64,000 nucleotides of DNA. Source: Paragordius varius (lineage: Eukaryota > Animalia > Nematomorpha). Made by a program: the position numbers and the translations under genes. Below, piece after piece: positions 40,119 to 53,549 of this stretch (positions are counted from its first letter, which is position 1; each line of letters starts with the position of its first letter). The stretch spans positions 6,882,001 through 6,946,000 of the forward strand of contig OZ176055.1 of NCBI GenBank assembly GCA_964247055.1. The letters are read 5' to 3'. The notes below the pieces were generated by a model. It ran no database searches. It was not told where the DNA came from and saw nothing but the letters and a program-made list of their open reading frames with translations.

Positions 40119-41795
40119 GTAAGATAAAAATTTATAAAAATACAGTAATGGTTATTGTTTGCACTTTTTTGGATTTTAATTAGAGAAAAGGGGTATTTAC
40201 AGTAAAAATTAAAATTTTACGGTGAAAATATTAAAACTAAAAACAGATATATTTTTAAAAAAGACATACGTTTATAAATTTGCTGTTTTCTACAGACAGA
40301 AACTTAAAAATAATTAGACATTTGTATTATATAATTGCGGGTGACCAATTAAAATTCTATTTTTATTTTGCAACACGGAACGATGGGAGGATATATTTTT
40401 AATAATCCTGGTTCAAAAAACTATTCATAAAAAATATATTTGTCTTTAACTGTATAGTTTTGTCCGTATAATTACAATTTTTACTGTAATTTACATGGCG
40501 ATTGCCATATGAGATTTTCCATTTTTATAAACTTTTGAAAATTGTGGAGACCAAGATACAGTGTTCAATTAAATATAGTGAAAATGAAAAATTTCAATCA
40601 TAGCACCAAACATGTAAATTAATTAAATTTATTTTAAACCATTTAATATACAGAGAGATGGCAATAGTAGAAAGAATTTTACGTTTATTACTGGAAAAAT
40701 TGATGTTTGCCTTTTACTCTTCATATAACAGTATGAAAAAATTTTGCTAGCTTTTTTTCATTTGTCATATTTGCAGTTAAGAAAGTACTATCGACAAAAG
40801 TAACATATAATGAGGAATTAACCACCAACTTTAAAGTCAATAAGTTTAATCTCAACTGTGAATGTTAATGGTATCTGACAAAACAACATAAATTTTATGT
40901 TTGTTTTAAACTTTTGATAACATATTATTTTAATATGATCCAATTCTAGAAAACACCCATAAAAATCAAAACACCTTATGAATGATGACTTGATATTCAT
41001 TATAACGCCCCAACTTGGTGTCTTATCTTACATTAGCATAATAATAACTATATACATAACTTAAATTAAATTGTGCAAATACCCTTCTTGTCTGCTATGG
41101 TTATGTGGAAATGGTCTCTATATTTGTGACAACCGAAGGAATGTTAATCGTCTAAATATGTGTATGATACGCTTATTTTTTAAAAGACTCGATTTAACTT
41201 TATATATTTTTACTGTATACATTTTAACACTTGGATACAACAGTCCTTCGATTCAAATTGGGGTATTTGGATACCCCAGGCCTTTTTAAAATCAAATACT
41301 TTAAAAAGTATGGAAGGAATCGAAACCATGGCAAAATTTTACACTTATATAACAGTAATAAACCGAAATATATAAAAAATTATTCAAATATACTTGATAT
41401 TACTTATTGTAAGCTAAAACCGAAAGGTAAAAATTTCGTCAACGTGACATGTGTCAAATTCTAAAATTAAAAAATAATACAAAATAAACCGCGTTTTCTA
41501 TTTCTATCAATGTTAAATGCAATTTATATAAAAAATTAGCTTTAGTTTTACCCTTAAAATTAAATTAAGACGATATTTTGTAATATAAAAATGGCGTCGA
41601 AGTAGTTTTAGATGGAACTTTTTTTTCAAAACATAATTCTATCAAGATATTTTGGCATATTTATATAATTTTTATCAGGATAGAAGCATAAATTTAAATT
41701 GGGACCGTTTCCTTCAGTAGTTTTTTAAAAAAATTAATTTAAATTTAATCTGGGGTATTTAGATACCCCAATTCGAATCGAAGTGTTAATATTGC

Positions 41796-41935
41796 TAATT
41801 TCACATTGTCGTTAAGCAATTTGCAACATAATAGTGTATGGAAAAAAGAAAAGAAAAAATTGTATATTTAAAATTTTGTTGTTTTTTCCATACACTATTA
41901 TGTTGTGAATTGCCCAACTATAGTGTGAAATAAGC
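41796..41935. mobile_element. Small palindromic MITE
   Basis: caacataatagtgtatggaaaaaa vs ttttttccatacactattatgttg, with further imperfect outer arms. Confidence 0.6.
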
Positions 41936-43672
41936 AACTATAAAATGCATACTTTAAAAATAAATATGTAATAGCTAAGGATCAAAACAGATCAGTTTTT
42001 AGCTTACTGTTTTGTGTCAATTACTGGAAAAAATAGTTATTTAAATATTTTATTTGATTCCCAAACCGTTTCAAATGCTGCTAATTCTTAAAAATTCTTA
42101 ATTAGTAAGAAAATCTAATTTTTAATCCAATTTTTAAATAAAATTATGGCGTTTGAGCCAAATTTATTATTATAAATTCTCTTATTTTTATTTAAAATAT
42201 ATCATATATTTTTTAATTACTATTAATAAAATTTAGACATAGTATATGGAATTATTGGAATATGCTACCACTATTTAACCGCGGACATCACATCTCACAA
42301 AATATTAGTTCAACACCACATCTTTTGATATATATTGAGTTATTTACTGACTTTTAAAACTCGCATAATAAACAAAATTATATGAAGAAAAATATACTTT
42401 TAAAGAGGATTCAAAAACTAATAAATTATATTTATTACCATTTTACTATATTAGGCGCATTCCTTTAACCGGAGTGTATTTATTCGTCAATAATTACAGT
42501 TTCCAGTGTGATTAATCGAAAACCCGACAATAATAAATTTTTAATCTTTCTCTATAATACGGACGTTTTTAGATTAAATAAAAATGTTTAAATTTGGCAA
42601 TTTTTTCGAATTCGAATTGCTATTATAAATTTTAAATATATTCCTTCACGCATTCAACAAATCATTTTGCAGACATTCCGCGTTATGTCATAAAAATAGT
42701 CTTATTTAAAAACGGAATTCTAGTAAATAAATCTATAAATATTATTTATTGTGATATATTGAAAAATAGTAATATAAAATTTGACTAGAATCGATTATCT
42801 TGACAAACGTTTCAATCCAGTTTCTATAAATTATAAATATATATTAATGTTAAATTTTTGATCAAACAAATTTTTTAATAGGGTTGATTGTGCACGTTAA
42901 ATCTGAGAAAATTTGGAGGGTACTGCGTCAGATTAATGAAATAAATGAATATAACATAACCCTTACCAATATCTTTAACTACATATTGTTTACTTGGTTT
43001 AAAAGATAACATTTCAATAAATTTAATATTACTGAACTCACATATTCGTAATTAAGATCATTAAAGCCGATTGATTCAATAATTTATAAAATATCAATTC
43101 AATTGTTCTAAGAGTTAAATATCATTTTCACATCAAAAGTATCCTTAATACTTCCAGTTGGTCTTTAAACACGAGTTGGTCCTTAAAATTTAGTTTAAAT
43201 ATAACCATAATTTTTGCATTTATTTAACAAAATTATAAACTTTTAAATGTTAAGAAATTAATAAAGATATACGGTTTCTAAAAGATTAATTGATAATGAT
43301 TTAAAAGTTATGTCCAATAAATAAAATATAATAATGATTAGATGAATGAACCACGATTTGATTGATAAAAGTTAAAAACAAAACGAAATTAAAGGATCAA
43401 CTTGAAATGTTCACAATTTGAGGTGTTCAAAGACCAATTTGAAATGTTCAAGGACCAACTTGAAGCGTTCAAGGACCCTGTTGAAGTGCAATGGTATATT
43501 TGAAACTTTCATTTATTTTTCGTCTTAAACTTGAAATGTTTTTCAATTATTTTTACCTTAAATTTTAAGTAAATGGCATAGTTTATAAACACATGTAATT
43601 TAATAATAATCAAATGATATTTTAAATTTTAACTTATATGTTGTGAAACATTTTGTAATTAATATCAAGTAC

Positions 43673-46431
43673 CAATTGGGTAAAATCTTGGTTAAATTGA
43701 TCCTCCAAATTTTGTATCTGTTGATACAGCTTTTCCATTTGGAGTTTGAGTGTTTTGATCAAATTTTTGGACAAACTAATATCTCTTAACTATTAAATAT
43801 TTTTGTATATATTATATCCATATATACAGTAAAAATTGAATTATACACAAACAAAACGCTAAAAAAAGTCAAATTATTTTTTAAAGATAACATATTTTTT
43901 AAACTTTAGTATTTTCTACATAAACAAACTATATAAATGTAAATATATAACTAATGTTACCATTTACATCCCTATATTCAATGAACCAAAATCGATGAAA
44001 GGTTGTATTAAAAAAACAATGTATAAAAATGTACTTGTTCGCTTAACAAAAAATATTTGTCGTTTAGTTTTTACAATTTGTCAGTATATAGTGTACTTTT
44101 GTCGCCAAATATCGGCATTGTTTGTCATACACAGATATTTTGCTCTCCAAATCCGTAATTATTTCTGCTTTGGTTGTCAGTTCTTTTTGCAAATCTTCAT
44201 TCCGATGCTTTAAACCGGCTAATTCAGTTTCATAACGTTGTGTACTCTCCACACTATTTTTTTGTTATAACTTTCTATATAACTTCTTTAATAGCATAAT
44301 AAAATAAAATAAAAAAATATACAGTTCAAAGTCTCTTTTTTCCCTTTTATATTAAAGGGTAAGGACTTTAATTGTATCCGGATTTGCGGAAGGCTTTAAC
44401 ACTCGCCTGCCCAGAGCTGACAGTGATGATGGAAAAATTGCATAGTTTCGGGATTTGAATTCTCGCACGCAGTGTAAGAGTCGTGCGCCCTACCCACTAT
44501 ACCTGTGATTTAAGGGTTAGGTTGTCATTTAAAATCCTAGAGAAAAAATATGGGTCATGGTAAACCACCTACAAATTGTTTAAAGAACCTCTTTAATGCA
44601 AATTATTTTAGCAAAAAATTGTTTTCCTAAATGTTTTAACTGCCATATTCTAAAGATTGGAACAAAAATCGTTTTTAGTTCGAGTTCAATTCAATTATCT
44701 CTAGGTCGGTTTAACTCGGTACTATTTTTGTGAACTGTTTGCGGTTAATATTTGTTTGGTGGTTCGCTTTGGATTCCATTTATAAATAGTTATCAATAAC
44801 CTTAATTTTAATCCTTTTAAAATATTATGTATAAACAAAATCGTGCTGTGCTAATCTAAAAAATATATGTTAAATATACAATAATATTAACATGTAAAGA
44901 TAGAACAGTTTGGAACCGTTTTTTGTGTCCAGGACGGTTCTCAAATGAGGTTAATGGTAAAAGTCTATTTATCGCTAGATTATTTCTTTTTGCTATACCA
45001 ATAATTTTACCAAAACACCATTTTATTGGCAAAAGGATTAAAAAATACCACCTACTTGAGAGAGACAGCCATTTTTAATTTTTCGTTTTCGATACGAAGC
45101 CTTGATTCTAAAGGGACCAATAAACTGTGGCCGAAAAAATTAAATTTTTTTGGTGAGCCCTGCATTATAAATAATTGTTTTTAAACTTCAACACTAGTTA
45201 AGCAACGTCTTGATCTGATAGATGAGTGCTTCTTCAAACTATTAATTTTGGGTCTATTTTGTTGACTTTTGTATTCAAAATGAGTTTCTTCGACTAAACT
45301 AGCATTCGAACAAACGGATCCATTTATTCCACTTTTGGAATCTTCAGAGTATTGAGACAACTCCATTTGACTTGGGTCCAAAGCTTTTATAGCCTCATTG
45401 ACTGTTTTACAAAACTAAAAAAATTATATTTTAATATTACGCTCTTGTATTAAAACCTATATATCATTTAGTAAATTTGTAAAAACATTTTGATTACCAA
45501 AAAAATCCTGTTCTAAACTCAATAGTAGTTCATTTCCTATCATCTCTTTTGTAGTAATATATAACACTGTAAACGGAATAAATGTTTTGGTTTTAAAGTT
45601 AAAGTCTATACAAAAATTGTAACTTTTCCGAGCAATCTAAAAAATGCATGCTTCCAGTTTATTGTGTGTTAAATTAGCCATTTAATTAATTTATAACTAA
45701 AAATTAAAACTTTTTTCGTTTAAATTGATTTTGCCAAAAAAGTAATATTTTCCATTTATGCTATACAATAATAGTACAATTTTAAGTTTAGTGTATGGCT
45801 TAAATTTTCGGGCACTCTATTTTCACAAAAAGTGGTTGAGCTGTTTAGCCTTACTTTTAAAAAATCCGAAAAATAGTATAAAAATATTCTCAATTTTGTT
45901 TAAGTGGAATAATTACTTTTGCAAGTTCTTTTTCATTAGAGGAAACACAACCTAAACCATATATAATGTTGGTCTTAGGATCAGACCATTTACCAAACAT
46001 TGGGGATAATAAATCAATTTCACTATGCATATCCAGCACTGTGTTAAGTAAAAGCTAAAATGTTAAGAAAATTATATATATATATATATATGTACATAAA
46101 TCTAGATGATTTATTTATAGCCATGCATGTGACTTATAAAATTATTTATCGCTAGGGACATCAAAATTTTAGCATGAATGAAATTCTATTTAATAAATTA
46201 TTTTTGAGTAAATTATTTTTTACTTTATCATTCTCAAAACTCAAAAGTCGAAATAATTGTCTGGGTTTATCATAGAACAAAGAAATTTTGACTTCATTGC
46301 ATGATAATGGTTTCCATACATCATTAACTGGTTTATTTATATTTGTTTCAACTGAGTTAATCGCGGATGTTCCAGAAGTGGCCGAATATAATATAAATAA
46401 TTTCCCCGAGATTGATACCAAAGGTATATCG
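43673..46431 (-). CDS. HOMER: Homer-family scaffold (EVH1 plus coiled coil); first and last exons not located
   Basis: Exons 46431-46224 (WKPLSCNEVKISLFYDKPRQLFRLLSF ~ [26 protein letters not shown]), 46054-45917 (FGKWSDPKTNIIYGLG ~ FGQWADSRANTVYGLG), 45414-45187, and coiled-coil exons 44253-44097 and 43789-43673. A phase gap between 45187 and 44253 implies an unresolved exon near 44890-45000. Confidence 0.8.
44340..44505 (-). mobile_element. tRNA-derived SINE; a 3' fragment also at ~39380-39428 (+)
   Basis: On the minus strand an A-box-like TAGTGGGTAGG and a B-box-like GAATTCAAATCCC are followed by non-tRNA sequence. The tail ggatacaattaaagtccttaccct recurs at ~39385. Confidence 0.5.
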
Positions 46432-49365
46432 CTATGAGCAAAAATTACAAAAAATGATTATAATGCCTGGTAAATATATACATAATATATTTCCATATTT
46501 ATTATCAATTAAAGAGAGCAGTCCTATTTTACGGCCTTAAGGCTTAGGAACTTGTTTAAAATACTTAAGGCTTTCGTTTAATTAATAAAATTAAAGTGTT
46601 TAATATATCATACATTTCAAAATCAGTGAGGATTTAATAATATCTAACGGTGAAGCTACTCGATTAAATTATTTCTAACAGAAAAATTAATATTATACAG
46701 ACAAAATCTAAATCATTTTTTTAAATGACAATGATCATATGTTCGAAATTTGATGTGTCGCTTGAAAAAAAATCTGTAGATTTTGAATGTAAAAATAAAA
46801 TTATTTTTAACGATATTAACCATATATTTTTCAATGCATTCATAAAAAGTTGGGTTTCAGAGTAAGGTATAATTTAATAAACCGAATTAAAAGATCAGTG
46901 TCAACGACCATTTATGAAAATAAATATATAGCTTTAATCGTAAAATATTTGGTTAGTTTTTATAGATCAGGGGTGGTAAAAAATAAATTTTTCCATATTA
47001 AGTTTCAGCCACATTTTTGTTGATAGTATATTTAAATTATTCATGATTCAATACAAATATGAAAGGTTACACGTTGATATTCACGGGAAAAATCCAATTA
47101 TCAATTTAATTTCACACAGAAAAGAATGCAATAAACATGCAATAATATCATCAAATTAGTGACAGCCTCATAAATATTCATGATAAAATGAAATGATGAC
47201 AATCAGAATTTGCAGGAATCCTCGTCATATATTTTGAAGTAATAGAATAAAAATTATGGCAAAAATATATCAAAGCCCTGTCTTTTCAATCTTTATTCAT
47301 TTAATAGTATCTATTAAATATCCGAAGGCTATTGAATAACTACAAAGTTTACAAGTTTAGACGGGAATTACGGAGTTTTTTTAACTTACAAAAAGGAATA
47401 TTTTTATGGTATTTGTTGTCCCAATCTAATGTTTTTGGCCATTTCTTAAATAATCGGATTATGGGTAATTTCAAAAATGACACCAAAAGATACCATTTAA
47501 GTAAAAAACAAGGAATCGAAAGGAACAAAGTTTTTAAAACCGGAAAAGTTTAATTCGTAACCGGAAGGAAAAGTAAAACCCGACTTAAAACAGTACCAAA
47601 TTTTATCGATAAAATTTGTTTTTGACTATTAAAAATATGAAATATGTTCTGATTACTAAAATGCGTTTTTTAGACTTTTTATATTCTTTATTTTTATCCA
47701 ATTGTATAGCAAGCTGCCTTTAATCATAATAATTTATGTAGTTTAGATTAGGGGTGTCCAACATTTCCGAGACTTTACGTGTCGCCCGCGAAAATTTTGT
47801 GGAAATCCCTAATTTGAAAAATGCTTTCAAAATCTTAATTTATTTCTCAAACAATTTTTATAAATAAGTCTATCCAAATTGCTAAAACTAGAAAAATTTT
47901 ATAATGTGTTTGCTTTTATCAGTCTTATGTGTGAAATCTATTAAATTATATATGAAGGCCCATTTTTAATGCGGCACACCCGTTCGATGTCTAACATGCA
48001 GCCCGTGAAGTAATTTGAGTTGGATACTCCTGGTTTAATTTACATATTTCTGTTTCTAATATTTAAACTTAAATTTACGAAAAACAAATAAAGTTTTTAC
48101 CGAATTTTTGGACTTTCTTTGCATGGAATCGTCTCTGTCGGCATACGGATTAATTATATTTCACTTTGGATATAATATTAAAAATGTGATGATTCTTTGA
48201 TGTATTAGATATTTAAAAAAATAGGATAAAACAGAAAAAATGTTTTTTGACCAAATATTTTAGGCTATTCCTAATTCCACACCAATTTTTGCAACGAGAG
48301 AAAGATTATAGGCAAAAAAATGGAATAAGGAAAGATGTGAGAATCATGAATAAAAATATTTCCAATATTTATTTCGTATGTCTATTTCTATACATTTATG
48401 ATTGCAATTGATGCAAATATGACAAACAAACAGTAAGACGAGAGATGAAGCCTACATCTATCTATCTATAAGAAAAGACAAATCCATAATATATCTAAAA
48501 ATTCTTTACATTACTATTGATTATATCAAAAATTACTAAATAAAAAATTTTAAAATATTCGGATGCTTTGGGGAAAAAAATTTTCGTCATATTTTGAAAT
48601 TTTTTTTCTTTAACATATTTTTTAGAGATATGCTGATTGTATCAAGGTCTGGGTTGTCTACTACTTGTTAAAAGGTGAACAATGGAAAATGCCTAAATTT
48701 ATGAATACCATTCATTTATTGTTATTTTTTGTAAATTCCCTAATTAAATTTAAAATATACATATTTTATTCTTAAATTGTCAACGTACACTTTATTAATT
48801 ATGTTTCTTACGAAGATTGTAATTTTTGTAGCTTTTAATGTTAACATTTATAAATTAGCAACAGGAGAATAATATATCTTGTGTTACTATCAAAATTTAC
48901 AATTGATTTTAAGTTATTTATATAATTTTTCAAAAAGAGTTATGATTGATCTTGCTTTAAAAAAACTAAGAATGAGAATGAACAATTTTAACCATCATTT
49001 ATTGTAAGTACCAGAGACGATTTCGTTTTTCTTTAATCGCACAGTATGATATGATTATTATTCCCATATTGAAATATATGGTGTTTTTTCAAAAAAATTA
49101 TCATAGAAAGCATTTAGGGTTAAATAGTGGAAAACTGGTATATTCATAAGGCTATTTTTTTGAATTTTCCAAAATTGAGCAATTTGAATGGATGAAACGC
49201 ATTTAGTGTAATAATACATTTTTTATGAATGCCATATAAATCAATATCAATTCCCTATAACAGTTGTTAAAATCCGTAATATAACGATAAAGGATAATTA
49301 AATAGTATTAAATAAAATTATAAATATAAATTATAAACGATATTTGAAACCCTTCGTCAATAGTA

Positions 49366-49408
49366 ATCGCAGACTAGTTTCGTGCTTGTTAGCACTCATC
49401 AGTACGAC
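49366..49408 (-). ncRNA. Minimal type I hammerhead ribozyme (left arm)
   Basis: The reverse complement reads GTCGTA CTGATGA GTGCT AACA AGCAC GAAA C TA G TC TGCGAT, identical to 49671-49713. Confidence 0.85.
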
Positions 49409-49670
49409 AAAACTATTTGACTTGGGGTTTTCACATATCGATTTCGTATATATATCCAACTTTGCAATTTTGGTATAAATGCAGTTGGTTTAACGAATTT
49501 AAATTAAATTTAATGGAATTTGTGAAAACTAAACTGAAAATTTGAAAATAAACTGAAAATTCATTAAATTTAATTTAAATTCGTTAAACCAACTGCATTT
49601 ATACCAAAATTGCAAAGTTGGATATATATATACGAAATCGATATTTGAAAACCCCAAGTCAAATAGTTGT

Positions 49671-49713
49671 GTCGTACTGATGAGTGCTAACAAGCACGAA
49701 ACTAGTCTGCGAT
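49671..49713 (+). ncRNA. Minimal type I hammerhead ribozyme (right arm)
   Basis: Stem I GUCGUA/UGCGAU (6 bp, 2 GU), core CUGAUGA, stem II GUGCU/AGCAC, GAAA, palindromic stem III ACUAGU, GUC cleavage triplet (cut after 49707). Confidence 0.85.
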
Positions 49714-51970
49714 TACTATTGACGAAGGGTTTCACATATCGTTTATAATTTCTATTTATACACTCATTTAATTCTATTTAATTATCCTTTATCGTTATAT
49801 TACGGATTTTAACAACTGTTATTACAAAACATAACCAATCCGTTAATTACCATTATCAATTCCCTATGTTTTCCATTATAATATATATGTATATATATTT
49901 TGCCCGTTATAATGTTTGCTTTATTTATTGTGATATCTATTATATAAGTTATAATATTTTTTACCTATATATCAAAATCATTAACGTGGTTTATTTGTTT
50001 TGTTGAAAACATCGATCTTTTTCGTAAAAAATAGTAATAAAATTTTGCTAAAAAAATTAGTCAAAAAATTTATTACCATTCCCATTTAACAATATTTTAA
50101 GGGTTAGTTGTTAGTGTATTTTCATTGTCCTTACACAAATTTTTACCAAAGATTTTCGACACACCTTTCCCCCACACTTTTTTACAACTTTTTAATGCAA
50201 TCGTTATGGTCTAACCTAACATAATACAAGTGTAATAGCTATATATTTTTTGAATAGCCTAGTTAATTGAGATTTGCATTGAAAGAATCTCAATATTATT
50301 CAAGCTTAATTATTTGTAAGCGATAATTGACTTTTATCCCGATTTTAGAGAATTAAACTCGCAATATTTTTCAAGTTATCCCACTTAAAAATTTCAAGAG
50401 CAGACTTATGACCAATGAATTCTATATATGTTTTAAAATGTAAACCTAACTAAAAATTAACCACGCATTAATACTTACTTAACTAGGGACAAATATAAAT
50501 TATTACATCTCTATATCCTCTCTGCAATTAAAATGAGATGTATTCAAAAATGCTAACTAGGGTTAAAATTAAACTTGAGATCGGTTGAATTTACTTATTT
50601 ACGTCATTGGCCTACTAATTTAGTTTATCCAAAATTATTTTAAAAAAGTTATCCATTAATGGAGAGAGATACTATGAAATTTTATTTTCAAATAAGTACA
50701 ATAAACTTGCACTAAATATTTATTGCGATAAGTGATGCTTCTATAATTCAGATTTAGATAGAGTTAATATAAAATTATGGGTTTTTTAAAAAGGATAGAA
50801 ACATTACTCGTTAAATAAATGCCAAGTATAATCAAAGAATGCCTAAATCTGAGGGTAACAATGCAAAAATATAAAAGCTTGTATATATTTTGGCTATATT
50901 TTATAAATATATATTAAAACACCTTATTTTTTAAAATTTTTAAAATATGACCTAACGTCATGAGAGATCATGGTAAAAAATCTTGTTTATAATAATAAAA
51001 TTTTGTTAAATGATATATATTTTTGATAATATCGCTTATAGGTTTTATGTACCACATGATATTCAGTCACAATGGATTTAATGTCATTAAATTGGCTTCA
51101 TACATAATTATATTTTGTTGTTCCATAATTTAACTATGTAGGAATACAGTGATAAAGCTGGAATGAGCCTGGCAAAAAAAGAGCATTTTAAATTGTTTAA
51201 AACAAATTTTTTGACACAATATAATATATTATCACTTCATGCTATTTTCACTTTTTTGTCCACGAAAACATAATTTTTTTCGGTCAAAATGCGAAAGAAG
51301 CTTGTTTTGGGCACCCCTTTAAATAATTCAGTCGTATTTTTCAGAATTCTGCCGGTTATAATTTCATAAGATATATAAACCACAAAAAAGGATCATAACA
51401 TTAAATGTAAAATTTAGCCGAAGCCAGAAATTGGAGCCAATATTGGATTCGGAAAAAATAATTTTTTCTGATTACAGTTGTATATTTTTTTAATGATGGT
51501 TTAACAATATTATTTCCTAATATTTATAGCTAATCTCATGCATTTATTTTTTGCCATTTGTACAAGATAAAGCCTTATAACGCGATTTTCAAAGTTTCGG
51601 TTTTAATTATTTCAAATCAATCCGAATAACTGGTTAAAACTGGGAGCAAATTTATTTTTAAAGCCTGATCTCACAATAAAGATATATATTAATTGAAACC
51701 ACCCCTTTAAAAAATATCATTGAAATAATTTAGTATTATCTATATTTTATCCAATCTCTTTCTTGTTAAATCTAAACTTGGATCCCATTTTACTTAGAGT
51801 AAAAAATATTATTGGTTTCACAATGCTGACCAAATCCTTAATCTGTTGAATTGCAGTTCCGCAATTATCAAATCATGTGATCGACAACATACAACAGTCC
51901 TATGAACCAAAATTTTTAAAGGACCAAAAAAATATTTACCGGTAAATTTTTGGTTGTGCACATTTGCAGA

Positions 51971-53388
51971 TATACCATTTCCCGGTCAAAAAAACTTTCC
52001 CAGTCAATCAAAATATTTTCCCAATTAATCGAAACGTTTTCCCAGTCAATCGAAACATTTTCCCAGTCAATGAAAACGTTTTCCCAGTCAATGAAAACGG
52101 TTTTATTTTTGATGATAAATATCAAAACAAGATATAAAAATAATTTTTAACCATTATCAGCGTATTATTAGAATATTATTTCTTATAAAATCACAATTAA
52201 TGAATGACAATGTTTCCTCTATATTACAATACACAATCATTAATGATTTATTCTTTGCTAATTTTGTTAACAAAAAGAATATTTTATGGTTTTAAGAATT
52301 TTTTAAAAAAATATTTTATAATTTTTTTATATTATCGATGGTTCGCATTAATATTAGAGGCTAATTTATACCGTCTATAGTTACGGATAATATAATTCAT
52401 AAAAATATACCACTTTCATCTCAAATTGGTCATTTAACGCTTCATATTGAATGTTACATAAATTTTCCCCTAGTTTATATAATATTTATCATTTGGTCCA
52501 GGGGTGGCCAAACGCGGCCTTCGAGATTCTTTGTGCGGCCCGCGAAAAATTTGGTAATCCATATGCAAAAATATGTCCACAAAATCTTAGTAAAATTCAT
52601 ATTTCTTACCCTATTATTCTGATTGAATCTATTTAATTGGCAAGGAATTAAAAATTATATTGTGTTTGTACTCACAGTCTTATGTCTAAAATCGAATAAA
52701 TTATTTATGAATGTCCGTATATGTTTCGAATGCGGAACACTGTGTATTTGAGTTAAAAGTGCGCCCGCGAAGCCATTATGTTTTAAATCAAATACAATTT
52801 TATCTAAAAAATATATTTTGTTTAGATATTTTTTTCCGACAGTATTTTTATCCACAATTCAACATGTTCATAATCCAATTTGAAGCGTTAAATGACTACA
52901 GTCATGTATATGTAGAATTGACAAACATTCGTTTTTAAATGATTATAATTTGTTTTTAATTGTTTTGATGTTTGTTCAACATGCGCATTTTTAAGCCTTA
53001 TGTTGAAAGACATATCAAACATCAAAACAATTAAAAACATATTTTAATCATTTAAAAACGAATGTTTGTCAATTCTACATATACATGACTGTAATTTGAG
53101 ATGAAAGTGGTATGTATATTTTTATAATATTATACGTAACTATATTATGCTTTATAAGTTAGCCTCGAATATTGATACGATCCATCGATAAAATAAAAAA
53201 ATTATTAAATATTTTCTTAAAAATTCTTAAAAACCATAACTTGTTTTGATCAAAAATGAAACCGTTTTTATTAACTGGGAAAACGTTTTTATTGATTGGG
53301 AAAATGTTTTTATTGACTGGAACGTTTCGATTGATTGGGAAAATGTTTCAATTGACTGGAAAACGTTTTTTGACTGGGACATGGTATA
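51971..53388. mobile_element. Long-TIR foldback-like element B, copy 2
   Basis: Same termini, 21-bp arrays and internal order as 30191-31607, including the captured hAT-MITE end at ~52499. The right arm is internally deleted. Confidence 0.8.
52899..53091. mobile_element. Young TA-flanked MITE nested in element B
   Basis: TA|CAGTCATGTATATGTAGAATTGACAAACATTCGTTTTTAAATGATTA with a perfect inverted copy ending CATGACTG|TA. Confidence 0.85.
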
Positions 53389-53549
53389 TTTATGCTCAAA
53401 ACAACTACTTTAGGGCCATAAAAAAGCACTTTCAGGGTTGAGTATGGCTGGTATACAATATTTATTATTTATTTTAATATTATGGATATATGAATGTAAA
53501 CATAAAAAATTTATTACCTTACATATACATATATATTAAAGTGTGACAA

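Larger units (their letters stand above)
49259..49853 (+). mobile_element. Non-autonomous Penelope-like/retrozyme-like insertion with inverted arms and a ~33-nt tail
   Basis: 14-bp direct repeat TATCAATTCCCTAT at 49245-49258 and 49854-49867. Near-perfect ~255-bp inverted arms (49259-~49515 and ~49560-49820). Unique tail 49821-49853. A hammerhead in each arm. Confidence 0.75.

Noticed and set aside
44440-44505. Functional tRNA gene
   Set aside because: No complete cloverleaf or acceptor stem, the boxes are degenerate, and it runs into a repeated tail, so it was treated as a SINE head.
45470-45640. 59-codon minus-strand frame as an extra Homer exon
   Set aside because: It contains a terminal stop, and the flanking exons 45917 and 45414 already join in frame with continuous Homer similarity.
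49258-49821. Palindrome as a TA-duplicating DNA MITE
   Set aside because: A 14-bp direct repeat flanks the arms plus a one-sided tail, and the arms contain hammerheads, which favours a retro-insertion.
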